Source: Pleurocapsa minor GSE-CHR-MK 17-07R (GTDB taxonomy: Bacteria > Chloroflexota > Anaerolineae > Aggregatilineales > Phototrophicaceae). From it: a stretch of DNA of 64,000 nucleotides. The notes beneath the pieces are model-generated. The model ran no database searches and was not told where the DNA came from. It worked only from the letters and a program-made list of their open reading frames with translations. Below, in pieces: positions 48,002-56,999 of the stretch; the stretch's first letter is position 1, and each line of letters starts with the position of its first letter. The DNA lies in NCBI GenBank assembly GCA_019359125.1, contig JAHHHY010000006.1, forward strand, positions 210,030-274,029, in the 5' to 3' direction. A program made the translations under genes and the position numbers.

Positions 48002-49999
48002 ATGACATTTTCCGACTATACCCGATCGCAGGCGCGCAGCCGAACGCGCAGGCGGATTCTGCTGGCGGGCATCGCGCTGGCCATCGTGCTGGCGCTGGGC
48101 GCAGTCGTTGTGCTGGGCGCCCGCCTGGCCACCAGCGCCGTGGACACGCTCAATCAGTCGCGCGCGCTGGTGACTGCGCTGGAACGCGGCGAAGGCCTGG
48201 ACGAAGCCCGCCTGCGCGATGCCCTGGTTTCCGCCCGCGAGACGTTCCAGGCGGGCCAGTTTGCCCTGCCGCTGACCGGCCTGCTGGGCGAGAACGGCTG
48301 TCTGGCCCGCGAGGCAAACGCGCTGCTGGGCGCGCTGGCCCCGCATCTGCCCGAATTCACGCCATTGATCATGCGCGCCTATGATGCCCTGGGCACCGAA
48401 CAGGGCCGCGCCAGCCTGACGCGCACGCCCAACAGCGTGCCGATCGCCAGCCTGCGCGACGCCATCCCGGAAAATGCCCGTGCCGATGCGGCTGCCGCGC
48501 TGGCCGCGCTGCCGCCCCCGACCGACTGTGCCCCGACGACCGCCCAGGGCATCCAGCTTCAGCGGGCGCTGGATGGCGGCTATGTGCTGCTCAAGCTGGC
48601 GCTGGGCATCGACTGGCGGCTGGCCCTGCGTGATGGCGCGCACTGGCTGATTGTGCTGAACAACAGCGATGAACTGCGCGCATCGGGCGGCTTCACCACC
48701 GCCTATATCGACATCCGCGTGGCGGCCGGCGTGCTGACCTGGGAATTCCATAACAGCTACGATGTCGATAATCTGGACCGGCTGTTCTTTCACCCGCAGT
48801 CGCCAGAGCCGATGCGCGAGCACATGGCGCTGACGTGGTGGATGTTCCGCGATGCCAACTGGTCGCCCGACCACCCGACCAACGCGCAGTTTGGTACGCG
48901 CATCTTCCAGCTTGACCAGCAGATGCCCGCGCCCATCGGCTTCATCACCTTCAACATGAGCGGGCTGTCCACGCTGGCCGAGACATTTATGCCGCCGAGC
49001 TTCGCGTCTGGTCCGCTGCGCGTGAATGGTGTCGATTTCATGCCGGATAATGCGGCCGAACAGATTCGCCTGGCGTGGAACGTAGATGCCATGGAGATGA
49101 ATTCCGACGCGCCCGAACGCAAACAGTTCGTGCTCGACTTCGCCGCCAGCCTGGCGACCAGCATCGCGACCCAGCTTGCGCCGCTCGATTTGCCCGCGCT
49201 GGGGCTGGCCGCAGGCGCGATGCTGGAGCGCCGAGATGTCATGCTCTACAGCGCCGACCCGTCGATTGCCGAATTCCTGCGCGCCCAGGGCTGGGACGGC
49301 CGCATGCTGACGCCCGACAGCGGCGACTACCTGATGATCGTCGATTCCAACCTGGGCTATAACAAAGTGTCGCCACGTGTCACGCGCGAGTTTGCCTATT
49401 CGCTGGTGCTGCCCGCTGACACATCTGCGCCGGCGCAGGCGCGCGTCGACCTGACCTATACCAACGTGAATGAGCCAATCGTGGACTGCACCGTGATTCA
49501 CAACCTGTGGATCGCCGGGCTGGACACGCTGCCGGTCACGCCCACGTATGCCGACCGCATGACCGCCTGTTACTGGAACTACGTGCGCGTGTTTTTCCCG
49601 GCTGGCGGCGTCGGGCGCGGCTTCAGCGGGCATGATGCCCCGGCGGAATGGTTCCCGTACGCCCAGCAGGCCTATCGTGCGCGGCTGGATGCGTGGGAAG
49701 AAGCGGGGCATCCCGGCCTGGGGACGCTGCTGGTGCTGCCACCAGACGAGACGCGCACCGTCTCGTTTGAGGTGGAGTTGCCCGGCGGGCTGGTGCGCGA
49801 GGAAAACGGCGAATACGTCTACACGCTGACGCTTCAGCGGCAGGCCGGCGCGCCCGATGCGACGGTCACCGTGAACCTGACGCTGCCCCCCGGCACGGCA
49901 CTAACGAGCGCGAATGTGCCGGTTGAGCAGGACGGCGATAGCGTGCGCATGGCTGTGTCGCTGGCGCAGGACGCGTTCCTGGAAGTGCGCTACCGGTAA
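48002..49999 (+). CDS. DUF4012 domain membrane-anchored protein
   Basis: N-terminal TM; LNNSDELRASGGF, FRDANWSPD, NLGYNK, NYVRVF, LQRQAG. Confidence 0.8.
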   Translation: MTFSDYTRSQARSRTRRRILLAGIALAIVLALGAVVVLGARLATSAVDTLNQSRALVTALERGEGLDEARLRDALVSARETFQAGQFALPLTGLLGENGCLAREANALLGALAPHLPEFTPLIMRAYDALGTEQGRASLTRTPNSVPIASLRDAIPENARADAAAALAALPPPTDCAPTTAQGIQLQRALDGGYVLLKLALGIDWRLALRDGAHWLIVLNNSDELRASGGFTTAYIDIRVAAGVLTWEFHNSYDVDNLDRLFFHPQSPEPMREHMALTWWMFRDANWSPDHPTNAQFGTRIFQLDQQMPAPIGFITFNMSGLSTLAETFMPPSFASGPLRVNGVDFMPDNAAEQIRLAWNVDAMEMNSDAPERKQFVLDFAASLATSIATQLAPLDLPALGLAAGAMLERRDVMLYSADPSIAEFLRAQGWDGRMLTPDSGDYLMIVDSNLGYNKVSPRVTREFAYSLVLPADTSAPAQARVDLTYTNVNEPIVDCTVIHNLWIAGLDTLPVTPTYADRMTACYWNYVRVFFPAGGVGRGFSGHDAPAEWFPYAQQAYRARLDAWEEAGHPGLGTLLVLPPDETRTVSFEVELPGGLVREENGEYVYTLTLQRQAGAPDATVTVNLTLPPGTALTSANVPVEQDGDSVRMAVSLAQDAFLEVRYR

Positions 50000-50008
50000 G
50001 GGGGCGAC

Positions 50009-51454
50009 ATGATTGGTGCACTGCGCCGCTTCGCGCTGCCCGCCTGCCTGCTGCTGATTGGCCTGTTTTACGCGGCGACCTCGCCATTCGCGGTGACGGG
50101 CGGCCACGGCGGCATCGACGGTGCAGAGCTGGCTGTCGCGGCGACACACCTGGGCGTGGCGCATCCGCCGGGCTACGGCCTGTTTGTGGGGCTCAGCGCG
50201 CCGTTTGCCCGCCTGACGCCGTCTGAGCCAATTGCCGGGCTGATGGCCTTTAACGCCGGGCTGGCCGTGCTGTGCTGCGGCGTGCTGGCATGGGCGGCCT
50301 GGCGCGCCAGCGGACGCCTGTCCGCCGGGCTGGTGGCGGCCATCGGGCTGGGGCTGAGCTTCACCTTCTGGTCGCAGGCGATCATCTACGAGACTTACAC
50401 TCTGATGGCGCTGCTGTTCGCGCTGCTGCTGGCACTGGCGCTGACGCGTTCGCGCCCGCCCTGGCTGGTGTTTTTAGCTGGTCATCTGGCCGGCATCGCG
50501 CTCACGCACCACCTGACCGCGCTGGTCTGGCTGCCCGCGCTTCTGATTTTGTCCGGCTCCACGCGCCGCGAGCTGGCCCGCTGGGGGGTCGGCCTGCTGA
50601 CCGGGTTGTGGCCGATCGTGCTGCTGCTGGCGCTGTCCGCGCGCGGCGGCCCGCCAGACTGGGGCGACGTCAGTCATAGCCTGCCGGACTTGTTCGCGCA
50701 TGTGACCGGCCGGGCCTTCGTCGGCTACCTGACGCCCTTCACGCTGGTTGGCTGGCTGAATGCGCTGGCGGGCAGCCTGGCGCTGCTGTGGCGCGACATG
50801 ACCCCGTTTGGGGTCGCGCTGGCCGGGCTGGGCGCGATCCGCGTGGCCGTTATGCCGGGGGGCAGGCGGGCGCTGCTGGCCTTTTTCACCCTGCTGGCCG
50901 GGCTGAGCGCGGTCGCCAGCGTGTATAGCGCTGCCGACACAAGCACGGTCTATCGCCTGCCGGTCACGGTGATGGCGTGCTGGTTTGCCGGGCAGTCGGT
51001 GATGCCTTACCGGCGGCTGGCGGGCATCGGCGCCGCGGCCGCGCTGGCAGCGCTGCTGCTGGCCGCGCACCTGGTGCCGGTCGCGCTTACAGGCGACGCC
51101 TCGCAGGCCGAGTTTGCCGACAGCCTGCGCGATCTGCCGACCGACAGCCTGATCGTCACCGCCGATACCGAGACGACGTTTCGCCTGTGGTATGCCTGCG
51201 ATGCCAGCGCTCTGTGCGGCGATAACTGGCTGGTGCTGAATACCAACCTGATGCAGTTTGACTGGTATGTGCGGCGCATCATGGCCAGCCAGCCGGGGCT
51301 GAGCGCGTATACGCCTGACGACGTGGCGGGCTGGCTGGCGCAGGACGCCTGGCGCGACCGGCCAATCGCCTCAGACCTGGTGTTTTTTGGGCTGCGCGGG
51401 CGCACACAAACGCGCAGCGGCGGCTGGCAGGTCTGGCGCGTCCCGGCTGATTAG
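50009..51454 (+). CDS. DUF2723 / TMEM260-like GT-C membrane protein
   Basis: DGAELAVAATHLGVAHPPGYGL, FWSQAIIYETY, THH. Confidence 0.8.
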   Translation: MIGALRRFALPACLLLIGLFYAATSPFAVTGGHGGIDGAELAVAATHLGVAHPPGYGLFVGLSAPFARLTPSEPIAGLMAFNAGLAVLCCGVLAWAAWRASGRLSAGLVAAIGLGLSFTFWSQAIIYETYTLMALLFALLLALALTRSRPPWLVFLAGHLAGIALTHHLTALVWLPALLILSGSTRRELARWGVGLLTGLWPIVLLLALSARGGPPDWGDVSHSLPDLFAHVTGRAFVGYLTPFTLVGWLNALAGSLALLWRDMTPFGVALAGLGAIRVAVMPGGRRALLAFFTLLAGLSAVASVYSAADTSTVYRLPVTVMACWFAGQSVMPYRRLAGIGAAAALAALLLAAHLVPVALTGDASQAEFADSLRDLPTDSLIVTADTETTFRLWYACDASALCGDNWLVLNTNLMQFDWYVRRIMASQPGLSAYTPDDVAGWLAQDAWRDRPIASDLVFFGLRGRTQTRSGGWQVWRVPAD

Positions 51455-51515
51455 CACGAACCCGCACTATCCACTATAGTTCCAGATAGAGTCACGCATT
51501 TTCAGGGAGGAAACA

Positions 51516-52913
51516 ATGGATGAAGTCTTTCGTCCGCGTTTTGGGTTGAACGCGCGCGCTGTCCTGCTGGCCGCTGGTTTGTCTGCGGCGCTGTGTCTGC
51601 CCGGGCTGGCCCTGTCCGCCCAGGAGGACGTCTCATTTTCTGCCTTTTATGTCGGCCGCACCGACAGCAATCAGGATGGCCTGGTCGACACGAACGATAT
51701 CGCGCTGATCTATGGCGCTACCGATGAGGCGGATGTTCCGCTGTCTGACGCGAGCGTGTCGGTGCGATCCAGCACCATCGCCTATGATACAAACGGCCTC
51801 AGCATGGCCTATACCCATGGTGCCGAGAATGCCATCAGCCTGACCATGGCCCTGGCTGGCCAGGAACCCGTCACTGTGCCGTTGAGCTTGCCTTTACCCG
51901 GCAGACTGGAACTGCACAACGGGCTGGTGATCGTGCATGGCGCCAATGCCGAGCAGATTGCCGAGGTGCAGGTGTTCGACCCCGCCAGCCCGGCCGCGCC
52001 CATTGCGACGCACACCTTTCGCTCTGCCGACACGGCCTCGTCCGTTTCGGCCAGTGGCACCCGGCTGATGGGCTATAACCAGTTTACGGGCGGCCTCAGC
52101 CTGTTCACGCTGCCGGATATGGCCCCGGTCGACTTTGCGCTGGCAGGCTATGCCAGCACCAGCCCGTCCTGGTCCCCCGTGGATGACGTGTTTGCGATGG
52201 GCATCGGCATGATCGATAACCCGAATGATGCGCGTATTGTTCTGGTGGACGGGCAGACAGGCGCCGTGACCGAGTTTGATGTGCCGGAGGATTTCGCGCT
52301 GGGGACGCCAGCCACAATTCGCTGGAGCAATACCGGGCGCTATGTCTCGCTGGACCCGATCAATGACCCGCTCACGGCGCTGTCGGTTGTCGATGTCCAG
52401 ACTGGCGAAGTGGTCTCACTTCGCGTGGATGGAAGCCGGTTGATTGTGCAGGACTGGGCGGCTGATGACAGCTTTATGCTGCTGCTGGCCCAGCCGTCGC
52501 CCGGTGATGGCCCCGAGCTTTCCCTGATGCGCTATACGTTCCCGGATGCCGCACCGGTGGACCTGGTCAGCCCGGAAACGGTGGATTTTAACTCGATTGA
52601 ATGGGCCTCTCAGTCCACCCAGGTGGCCATCGTCGGGCGGGCTGAAGCCAGCGGCCAGACCGGTATTTTCGTCATTGATGCGGCTGCCGACACGCTGACC
52701 CCTCTGTTTGAGACGCCGGAGACGGACCTGCGCGGTGTATTCTGGTCGGGCGATGATGACAGCGTGTACTTCATCGCGCCATCAGGCGACGACCTGTTTT
52801 CGTCTGAGGGGGATCCTACAGCGCTGTACCGCGTGTCTGTGGAAACAGGTGAGGTTGTGCGCGTGAGCGACGAAGGGATTGTCGTGGCTGGCTATCCCAG
52901 TCGCAGGAACTAA
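51516..52913 (+). CDS. Secreted TolB-like beta-propeller protein with N-terminal EF-hand/dockerin-like motif
   Basis: Signal peptide, DSNQDGLVDTND, SPSWSP, IRWSNTG, DWAADD, EWAS, FWSGD. Confidence 0.7.
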   Translation: MDEVFRPRFGLNARAVLLAAGLSAALCLPGLALSAQEDVSFSAFYVGRTDSNQDGLVDTNDIALIYGATDEADVPLSDASVSVRSSTIAYDTNGLSMAYTHGAENAISLTMALAGQEPVTVPLSLPLPGRLELHNGLVIVHGANAEQIAEVQVFDPASPAAPIATHTFRSADTASSVSASGTRLMGYNQFTGGLSLFTLPDMAPVDFALAGYASTSPSWSPVDDVFAMGIGMIDNPNDARIVLVDGQTGAVTEFDVPEDFALGTPATIRWSNTGRYVSLDPINDPLTALSVVDVQTGEVVSLRVDGSRLIVQDWAADDSFMLLLAQPSPGDGPELSLMRYTFPDAAPVDLVSPETVDFNSIEWASQSTQVAIVGRAEASGQTGIFVIDAAADTLTPLFETPETDLRGVFWSGDDDSVYFIAPSGDDLFSSEGDPTALYRVSVETGEVVRVSDEGIVVAGYPSRRN

Positions 52914-52950
52914 AAAAGCCCGGGGGTTCAGACGAATCCCCGGGCCGTTT
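52912..52950. terminator. Probable bidirectional terminator between convergent genes
   Basis: A-tract, GCCCGGGG...CCCCGGGC stem, then CGTTT. Confidence 0.65.
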
Positions 52951-52970
52951 GTTCAAAAAGCGCGATAACG

Positions 52971-53426
52971 TTATGCGCCGCCGGGGCGGATGATCGGCGG
53001 CAGGGTGAAGGTCGTGGCAGCCAGGTTGCGGTAGCCGATGTAGGTGCCGGTGCCTTCGGTGACCAGCGAGAGTACATCGCCGTTGCAGACGCGGCCAGGG
53101 ACGTTCCACAGGCCCTGCTGGCCCTGATTGTCGACCTTGTAGATGGCGATGTCGGTGGCGCAGGTGGCATTGAACAGCGTCTCGGTATTGCCGACCGTCG
53201 AGGTGCGGAAGCCGACGCAGTCATACACAAACAGGATGGCGCTGGTGCCCGGCGCACGGCCAAGCGCGAGCACGTAGGCAAACGCATCGGCCGGGCTTTT
53301 GGCCGTGCAGCCTGCCACGGTGGGGGCGGGTGCGGGAGGAGCAGTCTGGGCCATGACGGCGGCGGGCAGGGTGAGCAAAACGGCGAAACACACCAGAAGC
53401 AACAGGGTGAGCTTTGATTTTTTCAT
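52971..53426 (-). CDS. Small secreted hypothetical protein with 6 Cys in the mature part
   Basis: Signal peptide MKKSKLTLLLLVCFAVLLTLPAAVMA; RBS GGAG. Confidence 0.75.
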   Translation of the reverse strand: MKKSKLTLLLLVCFAVLLTLPAAVMAQTAPPAPAPTVAGCTAKSPADAFAYVLALGRAPGTSAILFVYDCVGFRTSTVGNTETLFNATCATDIAIYKVDNQGQQGLWNVPGRVCNGDVLSLVTEGTGTYIGYRNLAATTFTLPPIIRPGGA

Positions 53427-53539
53427 TGGAGGAACTCCTTTTACAGCACGTGAGCTAAAGCCATTATAGGACGGCGAAAATGTTTGTCAAATCGAATACT
53501 TTCTTTAGATGTTAAAAATAATCGAATGACAGTTTTCTT

Positions 53540-54934
53540 GTGCCCGTCCGACCCAGCGAAATCAGCGCCCTGATGACCCCTCCTCGCTCACCCATTCATG
53601 CCGTTTATCGCAGGCTGCGGCCTATTCTCGCTGATGCCGGGGTGCTGCGTGCTGCCCGGCGCCTGTTACCGCCCCAGCAGCGCGCCCGCCTCGCCCGGCT
53701 GATCGGCCTGCGCGGGTTTGACCCCAGCACGGCGGAAGGGACGCGAACGCCGTCGTGGGCGGGGGAAAGTCGGGAGCCTGATACCATGCCTGCTGCGCCC
53801 GTGGGTGTGAATTATGTGGGCGACCTGCGCGCCGATATCGGCATCAGCGAACATTCCCGGCTGACGGTGGCCGCGCTGCTGGCCGCCGATATTCCCGTGC
53901 GCCTGATCGAATCGGCCTATCGCTTTCACAGCCGCACCGGGCAGGCGATCGAGATTCCGCCGTTTGACCCGCGCGCCCCACTGCCGATCACGCTGATCGA
54001 CAAGAATTTCTCGCATTTTTACGACGCCCTGCAGGATATCCCCCTGGCGGCTTTACAGGATCGTGTCAGAATTGCGCTGTGGGCGTGGGAACTGCCCTCG
54101 TTTCCGGCGCGTTTCCAGCGCAACTTCGCGCTGGTGGACGAGGTGTGGGTGGCCAGCCGCTTCACGCAGGACGGCCTGGCGCTGGCCTCGCCTGCTCCGG
54201 TGGTGCGGATGCCGTTTGGGCTGAATCCCGCGCCGACGCCGGGGATATCGCGGCGCGACTTTGGCCTGCCGGATGACCGCACGCTTTTTCTGACGGCCTT
54301 CAGCCCGGCCAGCACGTTTGCGCGCAAGCATCCGTTTGGCGTGGTCGATGCTTTTGAGCGCGCCTTTGCGGGCATGACGGAGAGCCAGCGCCCGCTGCTG
54401 GTCGTGAAGACGCATTTTCTGGCGCACGACGCTGATGCCGGGGCGGCTGATGCCCTGCGGGATGCCGTGGAGCGCGTCGGCGGGGTTCTGCTGGACGCGC
54501 ATTATGCACGGGCGCGCATGACCGACCTGCTGGCGCTGTGCGATGCGTTCGTGTCGCTGCACCGCGCCGAGGGTTTTGGATTGAACATCGCCGAGGCGAT
54601 GACGCTGGGCAGGCCGGTCATCGCGACCGGCTATTCGGGCAATATGGACTATATGACGATCGCAAACAGCTATCCGGTACGCTTTACCCTGCGCGAGATT
54701 ACCGACGCCGATCATCGCTGGCAGCCGCATCTGGCCGACCTGTATCCGGCGGGCGAGACGTGGGCCGAGCCTGATCTCGACCATGCCGCCGCGCTGATGC
54801 GGGAAGTCTTCGCGGACAGAAATGCGTCCCGTGCGACCGGCCTGCGCGCCGCCAGCGACATGGCGCGCGAGTATCACCCGTCGGTGACCGGGGCTCGCCT
54901 GCGTGCGCGCCTGAAAAGGCTGCTGTCGCGATGA
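53540..54934 (+). CDS. Glycosyltransferase family 4
   Basis: WAWELP, SLHRAEGFGLNIAEAM, ATGYSGNMDY, WAEPDL. Confidence 0.85.
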   Translation: MPVRPSEISALMTPPRSPIHAVYRRLRPILADAGVLRAARRLLPPQQRARLARLIGLRGFDPSTAEGTRTPSWAGESREPDTMPAAPVGVNYVGDLRADIGISEHSRLTVAALLAADIPVRLIESAYRFHSRTGQAIEIPPFDPRAPLPITLIDKNFSHFYDALQDIPLAALQDRVRIALWAWELPSFPARFQRNFALVDEVWVASRFTQDGLALASPAPVVRMPFGLNPAPTPGISRRDFGLPDDRTLFLTAFSPASTFARKHPFGVVDAFERAFAGMTESQRPLLVVKTHFLAHDADAGAADALRDAVERVGGVLLDAHYARARMTDLLALCDAFVSLHRAEGFGLNIAEAMTLGRPVIATGYSGNMDYMTIANSYPVRFTLREITDADHRWQPHLADLYPAGETWAEPDLDHAAALMREVFADRNASRATGLRAASDMAREYHPSVTGARLRARLKRLLSR

Positions 54935-56160
54935 CAACCACGGTCATGGTCTCCGGCGCGCAGGTCGCCTCTGGCGCACGCAGCCGCGTCTTTTTCGCCG
55001 GACAGCTCTTCCTGATTCTGCTGGGCGGGGCGCTGGCCGCCGCCGATGCCAGCATCCGCCTGCCCAATGCCGCCCAGCCGCTGGCCGGACACAGCCGCTT
55101 CGTGCTGGTCCTGCTGGCGCTGGCCGTCGTCATGTCTGCCGCCGCCAGCATCCTGCTGACGCGCCTGGTGAGGGCGCCAGAAGCAGCGACACAAAAGCGG
55201 ACGGCCTTTCTGGCGGCGGGCTGTGCCGCGCTGGCGACAGCCGCTGGCGGGCTGATCGCGCTGGGCGGGGCATGGCTGGCGCCGCTGGGCTATTTCGTGC
55301 TGGCCAGCCTGTTCATCAGCCTGATCGTGCTGGTGTGGACGCCCGATGGCGGCACCAACGACACGCATCGCGTGCTGGCGGGCTATCTGCGCGGCATCTG
55401 GAAATACAGGCTGCTGCTGCGCATCTGGACGGTGTACAACATCCGCTCGCGCTACAGCCAGACGGTGCTGGGCATCCTGTGGATCGTGCTGCTGCCGCTG
55501 AGCACCGCGCTGGTGCTGTCGTTTCTGTTCGCGCAGATCACGCATCCGGGCGACATCGGTAATGCGCCGTTTATCTCGTTTTTCCTGACCGCGCTCACGT
55601 TCTGGGGCCTGTTTTCCAGCGGCGTAAACATGGGCGTGCGCGCGCTGCTGGGCAGCATGGGGCTGATTAACCAGGTATATTTCCCGCGTGAGGTGCTGAT
55701 TCTGGTGCGCTTCTGCGAGGAAATCGTCGACCTCAGCTTCACGGTGGCCACGCTGCTGATCGTCAACGCAGTGGTGGGCATCTGGCCGAACGCGTGGTAT
55801 GTCGCGCTGCCGCTGGTGGTGCTCATCCAGATGACGCTGACGCTGGGGGCGATGTTTCTCGTCAGCTATACCAGCGTGCTCATCCGCGACGTGCCCCAGC
55901 TCATCGGCGTGCTGTTACAGCTTTTTTTCTACCTGACGCCGATTATCTACCCGGTGCAGCGCACGCCCGAACAGCTTCAGTGGCTGACCTTCATTAATCC
56001 GCTGGCCAGCCTGATCGACGCCTACCGGCGCATCATCGTGTACGGCGAGGCGCCCGTGCTGACGAACCTGCTGTATCCGGCCGTGTTCGCGGTCATCCTG
56101 CTGTTTGCCGGCTTCATGAGCTTCAAGAAGTTCGAGAAGCATATCTCCGATTACAAGTAA
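54931..56160 (+). CDS. wzm: ABC-2 polysaccharide export permease with an extra N-terminal 4-TM domain
   Basis: IRSRYSQTVLGILWIVLLPL, LINQVYFPREV, FFYLTPIIYP, NPLASLIDAYR. Confidence 0.85.
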   Translation: MTTTVMVSGAQVASGARSRVFFAGQLFLILLGGALAAADASIRLPNAAQPLAGHSRFVLVLLALAVVMSAAASILLTRLVRAPEAATQKRTAFLAAGCAALATAAGGLIALGGAWLAPLGYFVLASLFISLIVLVWTPDGGTNDTHRVLAGYLRGIWKYRLLLRIWTVYNIRSRYSQTVLGILWIVLLPLSTALVLSFLFAQITHPGDIGNAPFISFFLTALTFWGLFSSGVNMGVRALLGSMGLINQVYFPREVLILVRFCEEIVDLSFTVATLLIVNAVVGIWPNAWYVALPLVVLIQMTLTLGAMFLVSYTSVLIRDVPQLIGVLLQLFFYLTPIIYPVQRTPEQLQWLTFINPLASLIDAYRRIIVYGEAPVLTNLLYPAVFAVILLFAGFMSFKKFEKHISDYK

Positions 56161-56174
56161 GAGGGACGAAACGC

Positions 56175-56993
56175 ATGTCGCAGCTTCCCGTGCTGCCGGT
56201 CATCGAGGTGAACGGCGTGGGCAAGGAATTCGTGCAGCACCAGCAGCTTCCCAGCCTGCGCGCCGAGGCCACGCAGCTCATCAAACGCTGGGTGGGGCTG
56301 GCGAAGCCGCTGCCGCATGAGACCTTCTGGGCCCTGCGCGACGTGAACTTTCGCGTGCAGGCGGGCGAAAGCCTGGGCATCGTGGGGGCAAATGGCGCGG
56401 GCAAGAGCACGCTCATCCGCATGCTGGCCAATATCATCGCGCCAACGACCGGCGAAATCATCGTGCGCGGGCGCTTTTCGGCGCTGATCGGCCTGTCTGC
56501 CGGATTCGACGCGATGCGCACGGGCCGCGAGAATATCTACCTGAACGCGGCGATTTTTGGCCTGACACGCGGCGAAATTGAGGGCCTGCTGGACGAGATC
56601 ATCGCCTTTGCCGAGATTGGCGAGTTCATCGACCAGCCAGTGAAATACTATTCCAGCGGCATGCTGGCGCGGCTGGGCTTCAGCGTGGCCGTGCACTTCC
56701 TGCCGGAAATTATCATGCTGGACGAGATTCTGGCGGTGGGCGACATGGCCTTCCAGCGCAAATGTTATGCGCGCATGCAGCAGTTGCGCGGCAGCAGCAC
56801 CATGATCCTGGTGATGCACAGCGGCGCGACCATCCGCGATATGTGCGACCGGGCGATCTGGCTGCATAAGGGGACGGTGGCGATGGATGGCCCCAGCGGT
56901 GACGTGGTGGACGCGTACGAAGCGTTCAACCATGTGCGCCACGACGATGCCGCTGCGCACGCGCTCGATACGCCCGACTTTCTGGCGCCCTAG
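56175..56993 (+). CDS. wzt: ABC polysaccharide export ATPase without C-terminal binding domain
   Basis: FWALRDV, GANGAGKST, YSSGMLARLGF, LDEILAVGD. Confidence 0.9.
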   Translation: MSQLPVLPVIEVNGVGKEFVQHQQLPSLRAEATQLIKRWVGLAKPLPHETFWALRDVNFRVQAGESLGIVGANGAGKSTLIRMLANIIAPTTGEIIVRGRFSALIGLSAGFDAMRTGRENIYLNAAIFGLTRGEIEGLLDEIIAFAEIGEFIDQPVKYYSSGMLARLGFSVAVHFLPEIIMLDEILAVGDMAFQRKCYARMQQLRGSSTMILVMHSGATIRDMCDRAIWLHKGTVAMDGPSGDVVDAYEAFNHVRHDDAAAHALDTPDFLAP

Positions 56994-56999
56994 TCGGCC

